64,000 bases of DNA. Source: Prorocentrum cordatum. Taxonomy: Eukaryota. Of the stretch, positions 24,201 through 37,504 are shown piece after piece. The first letter of the stretch is position 1. Each line of letters starts with the position of its first letter. Both the position numbers and the translations under genes were made by a program. Location: NCBI GenBank assembly GCA_963575745.1, contig CAUYUJ010000149.1, positions 1 to 64,000 on the forward strand, given 5' to 3'. A model generated the notes under the pieces. The model did not search any database, was not told where the DNA came from, and was given only the letters and a program-made list of their open reading frames with translations.

Positions 24201-26510
24201 CGGGACACCACGGGCTACCACGGGACATCACGCGACTCCGCGGGACACCACATCGATCTCACTGTCGATCTCACGATCGATTTCACTCAACGGGACAACA
24301 CGGGACACCACGGGACACCTCGGGACACCTGTCGATCTCACTATCGATCTCATTTTCGATCTCACTCAGCGGGACACCACGGGACACCTCGGGGCACCAC
24401 ATCGATCTCAGTATCGATCTCACTATCGATCTCACTCAACGGGACACAACGGGACACCACGGGAGACCTGTCGATCTCACGATCGATCTCACTGTCGATC
24501 TCACTCAACGGGACACCACGGGACTCCACGGGACACCTCGGGGCACCACATCGATCTCAGTATCGATCTCACTATCGATCTCACGATCGATCTCACCCAA
24601 CGGGACACCACGGGACACCACGGGACACCACGGGACACCGCCGGGACACCGCGGGCCCAGTCCCAACCACCGGCGCACGGGACACCACGGGACACCACGG
24701 GACACCGGCGGGACACCCGGGCCCAGTCCCAGCCACCGGCGGACGGGCACCCAAACTTTCGCTCAAACTTCGGCCTAGCTACAGGCGGATCATGCGCATC
24801 TTCGCCTCGCCCGCACGCACGACACGAAAACGAAACCGAAACCGCTGTCCTGGGGGGGGGTCTCCGTTTTACTGCGATCTCACCCCCCAACCTCCGATAC
24901 ATACCTATACGACTGCCCTGCGAGCAATAAGGAGGTTCGGGGGGGATTGAGATCAAATGCCCACCCTGACTGACCTCCAGCCTGTCACCTTGGATAAGAT
25001 ATAATAGGTTGGATTGGAAGAGATGGATTGGACAAGATAAGATGGATTGGATTGGCCCGCCGTAGGCGCAGAAACAAATGAATTGATGGATTGTGTTGGA
25101 TGGATTGGATTGGGTGGGATAAGATAAGATGGGACAGGATGGGTTGGGTAATACAAGATGTATTGAATTGGACAAGATGGATTCGATAAGATAAGCTGGA
25201 TTGGATAAGAAAACCCGCCGCAGGCGCCGACATAAATGAATTTATGGATTTGGTTGGGTGGATCTCCGTTTTACCGCGATCTCACCGCCCAGCCTCCGAT
25301 ACCTATACGACCACCCTTCGGGTGATAAGGAGGTTGTGGGGGTGGGAGAGGGGGGGGAACCAACATCTGACTCAATCGATCTCACTATCGATCTCACTCA
25401 ACGGGACACCACGGGACACCACGGAGCACCTATCACTAACTATCGATCTCACTCAACGGGAAACCACGGGCCACCACGGGACACCACGGGACACCGCGGG
25501 ACACCTCTCGATCTCACTATCGGTCTCACTATCGATCTCACTCAACGGGACACCACGGGACACCACGGCAAACCTCGGGACACCACATCGATCTCACTAT
25601 CGATCTCACTCAACGGGGCACCACGGGACACCGAGGGACACCTCGGTGCACCATTTCGATCTCAGTATCGATATCACTATCGATCTCACTCAACGGGACA
25701 CCACGGGACACCACGGGGCACCTGTCGATCTCAATGTCGATCTCACTATCGGTCTCACTCAACGGGACACCATGGGACACCACGGGCCACCACGGGCCAC
25801 CACGGGACACCGCGGGACACCTCTCGATCGCACTATCGGTCTCACTATCGATCTCAATATCGGTCTCACTCAATGGGACACCGCGGGCCACCACGGGCCA
25901 CCGAGGGACACCTGTCGATCTAACCATCGATCTCAGTATCGATCTCACTCAACGAGACACCACGGGACACCACGGGACACGGCGGGACACCTGTCGATGT
26001 CACTATCGATCTCACTTTTTGGGACACCACTGGACACCACGGGACACCTCGGGGCACCAGTTCGATCTCACGATCGGCCTCACTATCGATCTCACTTTTT
26101 GGGACACCACTGGACACCACGGGACACCACGGGACACCTGTCGATGTCATTATCGATATCACTATCGATCTCACTTTTTGGGACACCACGGGACACCACA
26201 GGACACCTCGGGGCACCACATCGATCTCAATATCGATACCGGGACGCCCGGGACACCCTGGACACCCAGGACACCGCATGGCCGAACCGGCCACCGGCGG
26301 ACGGGAAAACGCCCGGGACACCCGGTACACCCGGGACACCGCCCGGCCCAAACCAGCCACCAGCGGACGGGCACCCGGACTTTCGCTCCTAGCTACAAGC
26401 AGATCACGCGCAGCATCGCCTCGCCCGCACGCACGACACGAACACGAAACCGAAGCCGACTTCCTGGTGGGGGGGGGGTCTCCGTTTCACTGCAATTTCA
26501 CCCCCCAACA
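21270..26510. repeat. Higher-order satellite of GGGACACCAC and TCGATCTCACTA monomers, punctuated by a recurring unique block
   Basis: Hundreds of monomers. The block ...CGCCCGCACGCACGACACGAA...ACCACCCTTCGGGTGAT...AACATCTGACTCAATCG recurs near 21.3, 22.3-22.5, 23.9-24.0, 24.8-25.3 and 26.4 kb. Confidence 0.9.
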
Positions 26511-26579
26511 TGTACATATACAAATACATATACATATATATGTATATATAAACATAGACATACAGACATACATACATAC

Positions 26580-26638
<59 letters not shown>

Positions 26639-26718
26639 GATACATATGCATATACATGTACATGTACATGTACATGTACATGTACATGTACATGTACATG
26701 TACATGTACATGTAAATG

Positions 26719-26764
<46 letters not shown>

Positions 26765-27002
26765 AAAACATATACATATGCATATACATATACCTATACC
26801 TATACATGTACGTATGCACATACATATACATCAACATCTACATATTCATTTACACATGCATATGCACATACATATACAAATGCATGTGCATATACATGTA
26901 CATATACATTTACATGTACACATACAAATACGTATACACATACACATACACCAACATCTACATATACATCTACATCTACATATACAAATACAAATACAAA
27001 TG

Positions 27003-27043
<41 letters not shown>

Positions 27044-27765
27044 GCCTATAGATATACGTATACATATACTTATACGTAGACACATACACATGCCTACATA
27101 TACATACATACATATACATATACATATAGATGTACACATTCGAATACATATACGGAATCATACACATATACATGTACATATACATATACATATGCATGGA
27201 CACATGCATCAACATATACATAGACATGCGCATGTACATATACATCTACATCCACATATACATATACATATACATAAACATAAATATAGATATACAAATA
27301 CATATGCATATACATAGACATATGCATGTACATACCCATATGTATATATATGCATATCCTTATACATATACATATACACACATGTATACATATACATATA
27401 CATATACAGAAAGAGAAACATTTACATATACACCTACATGTCCATATACATGTACATATACATATGCAAATACATATACACATACATATACAATTACATA
27501 CACAAATACATGTGTTTGTATATACATATACAAGTACGCATACATAGCCATAAACACATGCATATGCAAACACACATACACATACATATGTATATATATA
27601 TGCATACACAATTGCATACACATTCACACTTGCATCGGCATGTGCATATACATGACCATTAACACACATTTACCCTGTATATATATGTGTATATATATAC
27701 ATATATATATATGTATGTATATACGTGTGTATGCATATATATATATATATATATATAGATGCATA
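26510..27765. repeat. (TACATA)n-type hexamer microsatellite
   Basis: Directly visible. Confidence 0.95.
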
Positions 27766-27769
27766 GAAA

Positions 27770-28395
27770 AACCAAGCCGAACCGAACACCGAAAACCGTG
27801 ACCAGACCGGACCGGACCGAACCAGCCAGAAACAACAACAAATCAAAAACCGAACCAGACCGAACCGAATTCACTCAAAACCGAACCAGAGCGAACCGAA
27901 CCGAGCCAAAACCATAACCAAACCCGACCGGGGCGGCCCCCGAAACGAACCGACGAGAATTCGAACCGGAACCGAACCGGAACCGGACCAGACCGGGACC
28001 CCCCCCGGTCCAGACAACCCCCGGTCCGGACACCCCCCGGATCCGAACCTCCCCCAGTCCGGATCTGGACCCCCCCCGGTCAAGACCCCCCTCGGTCCGG
28101 ACCCCGCCCGGTCCGGACGTCCCCCGGGCCGACCCCCCAGTCCGAACCTCTCCCCGGCCGGTCCGGACCCCCTCCCGGTCCGGACCCCCCCCGGCCCGGC
28201 CCCCGCCTTGCAGGGGTCCGGACCCCCTCCGGCCCGGACCCCACCCGGCCCATGCCCCCCCCCCGGTCCGGATCCCCCCCGGCGCGGACCCCCCCCAGTC
28301 TGGACCCACCCCGGTCTGGACCCACCACGCACGGTCCAGACCCACCCCGGTCTGGAACCCCCACGCACGGTCCGAACACCCGTCCGCACCCCCCT
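27770..28395. repeat. ACCGA / CCGGACCCC satellite array (copy 1)
   Basis: Repeated ACCGA and (T/C)CGGACCCCC units. The same array type, on the same strand, occurs at 37505-37920 and 59770-59850. Confidence 0.85.
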
Positions 28396-29078
28396 GCAGG
28401 TCTGCTGGGATGGCCGAGAGAGTTGTTGTAGCATGTAGCACATATAGTCAACGTGAGAGGTACTAACTCATACGATAATATGTTGCGATTAACAACTTAA
28501 CACTATACATATACATACTTAGTAGCCAACTTAATAAGTTAAATAAGTCGAGGTGTTTGTTCGGGCGTCCTGTTTTTGCCCTGGCGCCACGATGTTTGCT
28601 TGGCGTCGCCTGCTGGTCGGACCTGCGTTTTTTTGCTCTGTGCTTGTTTTCTGGGCGCGTTTGCTTGATGAAGACGCTGCGCGTTGTTCAGGTGCCACCT
28701 AAAAAAAACAACTTATCCTCCTCTTCCTCCTCCTCCTCCTCCCCCTCCCCCCCGCCGCCCCCCCTGCTCCTCATCATAACCCCTCTTCGGCGGATTACCC
28801 GCCTTCCCTCCTCTCTTTTGCATGCGCTGGCGGATCAACCGTTTTCTCTTTCGGCGGATCAACCGCTTTCTCTTTCATTTCTCCCATCTTCTCGGCGGGT
28901 CAAACGCCTCATTCTGCGGATCAGCCGCGCCCCCCTTTCTTTGCGGATAAACCGCACGCCCCCCCTCTCTCGAGTCCGCGGATCAGCCGCATTCCTTTCT
29001 CCCTCGGCGGATCACTCGCCTCCTTCCTCTTCTCCGCCCCGAGCGCCCGCAGCCTTTTTATCGAAGACGCCTACGGCG

Positions 29079-30988
29079 AATCACCGCCGCCCCCTGCCCT
29101 TTCGGAAGCGCCGATGCGGCCGACTGCTGTGGCCAGAGGTCTGCCAAGTTATTGGGCCATATGTTCCCCGAATCGGTCTTTACAGCCTTCGGGGAACACG
29201 TGGGGGAGGACGGGGAGGAGAGGAGAGATAGGAAGGGGGGGAATGGAGGAGGAGGTCTCTTGAGTGCCTTGTTGGCTACTCTGGGTTTATATTGGGCCAC
29301 ATGTGCGGTCTTGGAAGCATCTTGGGGGCCTCTTTGGATGCCTTGCGGCCTTCCTGTTCTGCCTGACGCCGTCTGGGCTGGGTTGGGGGCCTCTCTGTGG
29401 CCTCATTTGGGTTTATCGTGGCCGTAGACGCCAGCGTGGCCATCTTGGGCCGTCTTGGGTGCATCTTGGAGCCATCTTACCCGTCTTGGAGGCCATTTTG
29501 GCCGTCTTGGAGGCATCTTGGAGGCCATCTTGGGCCATCTTGGCCGTCTTGGAGGCCATCTTGGGCGTCTTGGACGCCTCTTGGGCCGCCTTGAGGCCTT
29601 CTTGGGGGCCTCTTGGGCCGTCATGGGGCCATCTTGGAGGCCTCTTGGGTGCTGTTGGGGCGATGTTGGGGACCTCTTGGGCCGTCTTGGGCTGTCGGAG
29701 AGCTGAAAAGAATAACATGCCAAAATCCTTCAAAAACCTGAGGAAAATCAATGATTTTAACCTATTCGGGCCTTCCTGGAGGGCGTCTTGGAGGGCTCTT
29801 GGGCCGTCTTGGAAGCCTTTTGCGGGCCTTTTGGGCCGTCTTACACCATCTTGAGGCCATCTTGGGCCGTCTTGGGTGCATCTTGGAGCCACCTTACCCG
29901 TCTGGGAGGCCATCTTGGCCGTCTTGGAGGCATCTTGGAGGCCATCTTGGGCCATCTTGGCCGTCTTGGAGGCCATCTTGGGCGTCTTGGAGGCCTCTTG
30001 GGCCGTCTTGAGGCCCTCTTGGGGCCTTCTTGGGGGCCTCTTGGGCCGTCATGGGGCCATCTTGGAGGCCTCTTGGGTGCTGTTGGGGCGATGTTGGGGA
30101 CCTCATGGGCCGTCTGGGGCCGTCGGAGAGCTGAAAAGAAGAACATGCCAAAATCCTTCAAAAACCTGAGGAAAATCAATGATTTTAACCTATTCGGGCC
30201 TTCCTGGAGGGCGTCTTGGAGGGCTCTTGGGCCGTCTTGGAGGCCTTTTGCGGGCCTTTTGGGCCGTCTTAGACCATCTTGAGGCCATCTTGGACCGTCT
30301 TGGGTGCATCTTGGAGCCATCTTACCCGTGGGAGGCATCTTGGAGGCCATCTTGGGCCATCTTGGCCGTCTTGGAGGCCATCTTGGGCGTCTTGGAGGCC
30401 TCTTGGGCCGTCTTGAGGCCCTCTTGGGGCCTTCTTGGGGGCCTCTTGGGCCGTCATGGGGCCATCTTGGAGGCCTCTTGGGTGCTGTTGGGGCGATGTT
30501 GGGGACCTCTTGGGCCGTCTTGGGCCGTCGGAGAGCTGAAAAGAAGAACATGCCAAAATCCTTCAAAAACCTATAGAAAATCAATGATTTTAACCTATTC
30601 GGGCCTTCCTGGAGGGCGTCTTGGAGGGCTCTTGGGCCGTCTTGGAAGCCTTTTGCGGGCCTTTTGGGCCGTCTTAGACCATCTTGAGGCCATCTTGGGC
30701 CGTCTTGGGTGCATCTTGGAGCCATCTTACCCGTCTTGGAGGCCATCTTGGCCGTCTTGGAGGCATCTTGGAGGCCATCTTGGGCCATCTTGGCCGTCTT
30801 GGAGGCCATCTTGGGCCAAGTTGGGGCAACAAAGGCATTGACAGACGGATTTTGGGAAAATTACGGGTGGCCGGCGGGACGGGCCGAAGCCCACTGGGGA
30901 GTTCTTCTAGAAAAAGAACCAAAACCAAAACCTGAATCGTCCAGCGCGCCGTGCACCCCTGTGGCAAGACCACAGGGGGCGGCGGATT
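29079..30988. mobile_element. Non-autonomous TIR element built of GGCCATCTTGG/GGCCGTCTTGG repeats with three ~400-430-bp internal units
   Basis: AATCACCGCCGCCCCCTG (29079-29096) versus CAGGGGGCGGCGGATT (30973-30988). The unit GAGAGCTGAAAAGAA.AACATGCCAAAATCC occurs at about 29698, 30126 and 30531. Confidence 0.65.
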
Positions 30989-31055
30989 GCAGCCTTGTCG
31001 GCCCGAGCTGCCGCGGGGCCGCGGCGCGTCTTGCTGCTGCACTGCCTGCCCGACA

Positions 31056-32502
31056 ATGGCGCTCCAGCAGGAACTCCTTCAGCGCGCCGAGGCGACGGGC
31101 CCCTTACTGCGCGCTGCCAAGGGCCAGGGAGAGGCCGCGTGGAGGCAGGCGTCGAGTACACAGGCTGCTCGGCTGGTCGAGCTCGTCGGACTGGTGCGCA
31201 CGCAGGGCCACTTGCTCATTTGCCTCGCGGGTTTGGCACAGCAAGACAGCTTCGCGCCTGCCGACGCCCAGCTGTTGCAGAACGCCTTGGCCACGGGACG
31301 TGGAAGTCGCAAAGCTTCGAGCGTTTCCCGTACTTCTTGAGTGGTGAAGTGTGGGCCGTGCTCAGCGACCCCAGCGGGGACGTCTTGCACAAGGCTCGCA
31401 CCGTTCTGTCGTTTCTCTCGTCGAAGCTGGGCCTCACGAGCCCGTCAGAAGGCACCTACGCGCATTTGACGGCCCTCGCGACGATCTGCGTAGAGGGTGC
31501 CCCGACGGCCCGCAGCATGAGCCCCACTTCTTGAAAGACACTTTTGACCACATCAAGACGGTGTGGAAAGGCTTGGTCAAGGCAGAGCCCTTGGAGAAGA
31601 TGGTCTCGCTCCCCGCTGACCCCAACGCGTTCCAAGCTGCGTTCCCCGCCACGTGGGTCGCTGCGTACGGCGACGGTGGCCCTGCAAGCATCGGAGTGTC
31701 TTACGTCGATGTCTCTGTGGTGGCTAAGGCGTTCAAGTGGCGGGACAGGCAAACTGGCCCCGCCTCGTCGCCCATGTTGCAGGCTATGCAGCAGGTGATG
31801 GGGCAGACGCTGCAGCACCCTCAGCAAGAGAGGCTCGCGAACGGTTCGATGTTGACGTTCACACAGAAGCAGCCGCGCAGCCTCGCTGGCGTGCAATCGG
31901 CGGCGACGTCGGCCGCAGGGCAGCTCGCGTTGACGGACTTCCAGCATCAGCAGCAGCAGCAGCTGCAGCAACAGCAGCAGATGCAGCTGCAGCAGCAACA
32001 AGACAACCACAACCTGCAGCTGCAGGTCAAGCAGCTCCAGGAGCAGCTGCAGGAGCAGCTGCAGCAGCAGCAGCAGCAGCCGCCGCCGCAGCCTCAGCCC
32101 CAGCTCGCCCTCGGGGACGGCCACTCGGCGGATGCCTCTGGGGGGGCTGCGACGACGAAAAAGGCGAAGAAGATTGACTCGGTGGAAGCCGCGGCAATGC
32201 ACGTGCACGCTGCCATGCAGCAGGAGAAGGAGACCAAGGCCCAGGCGAAGGCCAAGGCCCAGCCCAAGGCCAAGACAAAGACGAAGCGCGTGAAGAAGCC
32301 AGCGGCGGCCTTTGTTGGCAAGCCTGCGGTGGTGACCAAAATCAGCGTCGAGAACGCGCGCAGCCAGTGCGTCGCGCACTGCGGGAGGGGCCCTGGCTCG
32401 ACCAAGGCGTTCAAGTGGGGCCCGAACACAGGCTACACGAAGGAGACGGCCAAGAAGGCTGCCGAGCAATGGATCAAGAATCGGATTTGCATCGGCAGCT
32501 GA
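31056..32502 (+). pseudogene. Element cargo ORF-A (unknown family; poly-Q and K/A-rich tail), two frameshifts
   Basis: MALQQELLQ... / KSQSFERFPYFLSGEVW...KLGLTSPSEGTY / ...SLPADPNAF...WVAAYGDGGP...KKPAA...KISVENARSQCVAHCGRGPGSTKAFKW. Homologous to the ORF at 40.3-42.1 kb. Confidence 0.65.
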
Positions 32503-33096
32503 GGGGGTGACGGCTACGCGTAGCTGTCGGCACGAAGTGCCAGCGTGCATGTCAGTGCAGCCGTGCCGACGGGTGGCCGTCGGTATGAGCACTTTGCCAT
32601 GTCGTGAGTAATGCTACGGATGGCATCGGTTTTCAGTTTCTCTGTCTGGTGCGCGTTGCGCGCGCTCGTGATGGAGCTCGTTCTTCGGTGAACTCTTTTG
32701 GGCCTCTATTCGCACCACTGCTTTGCGAGAAAAGGCGTTTGGGGGAGAAAAAAAAAACCACAAAAAAAACTGATCAACTGCTATCAGCGGACCACCCGCT
32801 ACGTGCCATGTTGCGTCAGGTCGTCGTTCGTCGATTGCGTTTGCGTGTTGCGGCAGTGGCAGGGAGGTATGAGCAGGCATCTGGAGGGATGGCATGGTCA
32901 GAGTTCAGAGGGATGAGAACGAGGAAGGATCGGAGACCTGAGATTTGTATTGGTTGAGTCCGGTGGGCGGCGATGGCGTCGGGGTTGAGTTGTGCATTTC
33001 GAGGCGGGCTGGGGGGGTAGGGGCGTTCATCTGTTTTCGATGCCATAGCCGTTTGGGCCCAGGGTTGCGCGCTCGCGACGGGCTCGCAGGGGCGCC

Positions 33097-34362
33097 ATGG
33101 CGGCGCCGAAGAAGTCTGCCTTCGAAGACCTCCAGAGCTTCTTCGAAGAGGCCGACGATGCGTTCGATAAGATGGACGTCGAACGGACGCAAATGATCAG
33201 CTGCCTCGGGAAGGCGCTCGAGGAATCTGGCACCGTGGAGCCTGTCCGCGAGAGCCCGTTGGAGGAGCCTGCAGTTTCGAGCTCCTCTGCGTCGGCGACT
33301 CTGGAGGTGGAGGTCGGCAGTTCGGAGGTCGGCCGCACTCAGGTCGACTATGCTGCTCTGGGGCGCGCTGTCGACGAAGTTCTGGATGACAAGGCAGGCG
33401 AAGCGGAGGATCAGGTCCTTCCAGAAGGCGCGGCAGGACGCGTCCAGCAGTTCATGAACGCGGATCCTGACTTCGCTCGGATTGCCCTGCTCATGGCAAT
33501 GGACCCGCTCGCCGTGGACTGGAACGATCCCGCCGTCATCAACGTCGAGAAGACGTTGGTCTTGGAGTTCAAGTGCCACAAGAAGTTCAAGGCACGGGGC
33601 CCTCCTGGCCTGCTCCAGGGCGGGCCCAAGGAGTGGAGGGGCCAAGCCTGGAGGGCGAAGAGCGGTCGGTGGGGCTCCCGCGGCGGGCGCAGCATGCGGT
33701 TGGCAGAGTTCCAGGCGAAGTTCGGTAAGGAGCGAGGCACGCAAGCATGCCTGGAGGACGAGGGCCGACGCCGCAGTTTGCGGCAAAAAACCTGCGTTGC
33801 GAAGTTCGGCAAGGAGCGAGGCGCCGAGGCCTTCCAGGAGGACGAGGCCGAGCGCTCGAGCAATTGCAAGGGGATCGCGCGCATGATGGCGGTAGGCCGC
33901 CCAAAGTCCCAGCAACCCATTTTGGTGCCGCCGATGTTCGCGCCTCCAGCTTGCAAGGCATGCCTGCCGACGCCCAAGATGATGCCGCAAACCGCCCTGC
34001 CGATCGCGCGCACCGCGGACGCAGGAAAGGGCTCGGGCGAGCGGGCTGCCAAGGGCGAGAGCAAGCGCGCCAGGGAGGGCAAGGGCGATGGCGAGCAATG
34101 CAAGGGCGCCTACAAAGACGCGGACTATGGCAAGGGCAGGGGCGCGGATAAGGACAAAGGCAAGGGCGCCCACAAGGACGCGGACAACGGCAAGGGCGCC
34201 CACAAGGACGCGGCCAAGAGCAAGGGCAAGCACGGCAAGGGTTTCCTCTCCCCCACGCCCAAGCGTCCAGCGCCTCGGACGCCGTCGCCTGCTCGCAGGC
34301 CCAAGCGGCGGGCGACGAATCCACAGGGCGCCAGCGAGGGCAGGCCGTTGCCTTTTTTGTGA
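33097..34362 (+). CDS. Element cargo ORF-B, 421 aa, intact; RGPP..GGP..WRGQ.WR..SGRW..RGG motif and basic KG-rich repeat tail
   Basis: Long non-satellite ORF with a GCCATGG start; SL-like motif at 33043-33063. Confidence 0.7.
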   Translation: MAAPKKSAFEDLQSFFEEADDAFDKMDVERTQMISCLGKALEESGTVEPVRESPLEEPAVSSSSASATLEVEVGSSEVGRTQVDYAALGRAVDEVLDDKAGEAEDQVLPEGAAGRVQQFMNADPDFARIALLMAMDPLAVDWNDPAVINVEKTLVLEFKCHKKFKARGPPGLLQGGPKEWRGQAWRAKSGRWGSRGGRSMRLAEFQAKFGKERGTQACLEDEGRRRSLRQKTCVAKFGKERGAEAFQEDEAERSSNCKGIARMMAVGRPKSQQPILVPPMFAPPACKACLPTPKMMPQTALPIARTADAGKGSGERAAKGESKRAREGKGDGEQCKGAYKDADYGKGRGADKDKGKGAHKDADNGKGAHKDAAKSKGKHGKGFLSPTPKRPAPRTPSPARRPKRRATNPQGASEGRPLPFL

Positions 34363-34581
34363 CGCGCACTGTGGCGCTCGGAAAAGAAGATGAGTCCACT
34401 TCGGCGGCTCAACCGCCATGGCGGTTTATCCGCCTGCGTGCGCACGTGTGTCAGCGCGCGCGCGCCCAGCATTTCGTCGCACGTAGTTCGAACATGCAGC
34501 CGCGCAGCTTTTGTGCCGCATAGGCGTCTTGGCTCAAAACGCGCTTTGCAAATCGCATGTCGCCCCCTTCTGCCCCTCTCC

Positions 34582-34860
34582 ATGTCTGCAGCTGCGTCGG
34601 CCACGGCCGCCGAGATTGCGGGTGCAGTGCAAGCGGATGACGATGCGAGTCCGACGTGGACTATGCGGGGTGGCAAGTGCCCCTTTAGCTCGCAGTGCAG
34701 CAAGCGCAGCTCGACCGTCAAGAACTGCAACTCGCACGAGGAGGCCGTAGCGTCGGTGATCCGTCATTTGGAAACTTCACCTTGCCACGGGCTCGAGCGG
34801 CACGAGGCCGAAATGGCCGTGAAGGGCCCTATCCCCACCCCCTCCCCTCGCCCCCCCTCC
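34582..34860 (+). CDS. Element cargo ORF-C, small protein with a possible Zn finger (CPFSSQC...HLETSPCH); 3' end uncertain
   Basis: ATG at 34582, preceded by SL-like GCATAGGCGTCTTGGCTCAAA at 34518-34538. Confidence 0.45.
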
Positions 34861-34996
34861 TCCTCTTCCTGGCGTTGCTGCTGCTGCTCCACCATCTCAT
34901 CATCGCAGCATTTTCAGCTTCGGGTGGTCGGCGCGCCGTCCCGCGCCCCACTTCCCCTCCCCCGATTCGCCGCCTCCCCGCTCGCCTTTGTCGGCC

Positions 34997-36969
34997 ATGG
35001 AGCCACTCGCGAAACGACGGAGGATCCTCGATATGCTGGGCAGGCGGAACTTCAGCGAGAGAGACGTCGCAGCGGCGCTTGCCGCGCTGGGGGGCGATGA
35101 AGCGGCGTCTCGGCGAGATGCGCGGGAGTGCGTGGATACGTTCACAGAGGACGTTCTCGTTCAGCTGGCCCTGCAAAAACGAGGCGGCGACGCCTTTGAC
35201 CATTGCCAAGTATCAGCTTCTCCTCCCGACGTGCATTGTACAGTGCGCGGGCTTCAGGGAGGAGTTTGAGAATGCAGCGGCGAAGTCGCCAAATAGTTTT
35301 GACAGGCCGTGGCGCCTGGCGCTCTACATAGATGACGTAGTACCTGGCGATGTTTTGGGATTGAACAACAAGCGAAAGGCCACGTGCTGGTATATCGGCA
35401 TACTTGAGATGGGGCGCTATCTGCGACGCGAAGAGGCATGGCTGCCCGTTGGCGTGCTGCGCGCCACCACTGCTAAAGATGTTCAGGGAGGCTTCCCAGC
35501 CGCGGCCAGGGCGCTCCTGCGTTCCCTCCTGCTCGGGACCGACAGCGCGTCCACGGCTGGAGTCAGCGTGTCGCGCGGTGGCCAGCCAAGGATTTTGCAT
35601 TTCGGCTTCAGCGTTGGATCGGGGACGAAGTTGCGACGAAAGCTTTCTTCGATACGAAAGGTTTTGGCGGCATTAAGTGTTGTTCCATATCCTGCAAGAA
35701 CGTAGTGAAGCTGAGCAAAGATGGCGTGGCATATTCGCTGGCCAATCATCAGACTGACACGTACCTGGTCGATGTCTCGTGCTCTGACCCCTCGCAGCTC
35801 GACCCGATGACAGACGAGGGCGTCTGGCGCACGCGCGACATCCTGGATGAGGTGCGCAGGCGTGGGGGGCCGTTGAAAACGCTACAGACAACGACGGGGT
35901 TCCCTTCGAATGAGCACGGCGTCCTGGCCGACAGGGATCTCCGCCCGCACGCGCTCCCGCACTCTTGCCTTCTGCGCGATTGCATGCACGTGTACTTGGC
36001 AGGCGGCATCGTAAATATTGAGCTTGGTTTGCTTTTGAATGCGATTCACGAGTGCACCCCTGGGTTTTCCTTCCGCGTGCTCAAGACGCTCGCTGAGGCA
36101 GACTGGCACTGGAGCGCTGGAGGGTTAACCAGGAGCGAGTTCGCTGAGCTATTCAACGAGTCTCGGGAGAAGGCGTGGAAATCAGGTGGTACGTTTCGCG
36201 CGGGGGCATCTGAACTATTGTCTGCATACCCGTTCATCCGATATTTTCTCGCTGAGCACGTCCCCGTGCATAAGGTCCAGCTTGAGCGCCAGAGCTACTT
36301 TCGTCTGCGCGAAGTTCTGGGCAGCATCGTCGAGGCAAAGCACTATTCCACGCCATTGGCGATGAAAGATACCATGCAGAGCGCAGCTGGCCGTTTTCTT
36401 GACGCGCACAAGGCTGCGTACCGCGTCGATGCCACCGTCCCAAAACACCATTATCAGTGGCACGCTGTGTCAGGCCAGGAGGACGATATATTTCGCGATT
36501 GCTTTGTTCACGAAAGAACAAGATCGTGAAGCAATCAATGACTCACATCGCAAACACGGCAGCGTTCGAGGAGAGTTCGGTCCAGCAGCTTCTCGCCAAG
36601 GTGTTTCCATCGATGGACAAAGTCAGGATGACCGAATTGTGCGAGCCTGTGGCTGTGAGCCAGCCGCTGTCCGACAAGTGTGGCCAGCTTTGCGTCGTGT
36701 CCAAGCAGATGAGATGGCGGGGCTTGCTGCCCAGAGTTGGCAGCGGGGTTTTCGTTCAAAACGCGGCAGTTGAGATTCAAGCGTGCGCGTCCGTAGGTGG
36801 CGTTCTAGCGCTGATCGTGGGAACTCTTGCGCTGGTGCGCCGTGAGCCTCTCGGCGGGTATTCTATCTGGGCTAAAACGGGACAGACCAAGCTCCTTTTG
36901 CCCGAGGGGGCGCGCAAGGCGACTGGCTGCTTCCTCAAGAGCGACAACACGCTTGCGGTGATCCATTGA
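34997..36969 (+). pseudogene. Transposase 1, CACTA/EnSpm-Plavaka-like DDE; about three frameshifts
   Basis: WRLALYIDDVVPGD...GDE...KGFGGIKCCSISCKN...RDCMH...GASELL...PKHHYQWH...DCFVHERKNK: the order D, D + Cys cluster, DxxH, KxHxxxH, FxxER is typical of this transposase group. Confidence 0.7.
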
Positions 36970-37504
36970 GAGCGGAGAGAATCATCTGCTGCAGCGGATT
37001 ACCCGCTCGTCCTCCTCATCACCATCATCATCATCACCATCAGCACCACCGTCATCATCATCACCGCCGTTCCTGCCCCCTGCTCGACGTGGGGAAAAAC
37101 GCCCGCTAGCGGATGAGCCGCCACGTGCGTCGTTTTCCCGCCTCTCTTCCCCTTCTTCGCTTTCCTCCCCTCCTCTGTTCCCAACCCCTCCTATTTTCTC
37201 ATTGCCGCGAGTTTTTTTTCACGCGTGGGCCTCTCCAGTGTCTTTCGGAGGTTTGCTAACTTAAAGTAGTTATTTGGCACACTTGTAACCTTGGTATATG
37301 ACATCGTATGTGAGGTACATAACCGTAAGTATCCCTTACTTGATCAACTGGATGATCTTCTGGGCATGTCAACAGCTATAAGGTAGTTCAATGATAATGT
37401 ACACTTGCTCCGACATGTAAGTAGGGATACTGCTCTTATTGATATGGATACGGCTACTTATAAATCGTATCAACTACAACAACTTCCTCGGCCATCCAAG
37501 TGCA

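Larger units (their letters stand above)
28408..37497 (+). mobile_element. Putative large DNA transposon, element 1 (about 9.1 kb): three cargo ORFs plus transposase
   Basis: Inverted repeat GGATGGCCGAGAGAGTTGTTGTAG (28408-28431) / CTACAACAACTTCCTCGGCCATCC (37474-37497), 22/24, with AT-rich subtermini. Encloses co-oriented ORFs including a transposase-like gene. Confidence 0.55.

Noticed and set aside
21313..27801. Multiple 200-500-aa ORFs (TTGHHGTPRD, HIHIHI)
   Set aside because: Satellite translations, open in several frames on both strands.
29264..30841. Overlapping ORFs rich in WAILAVLEA/PRRPRW
   Set aside because: Products of the TCTTGG repeat element.
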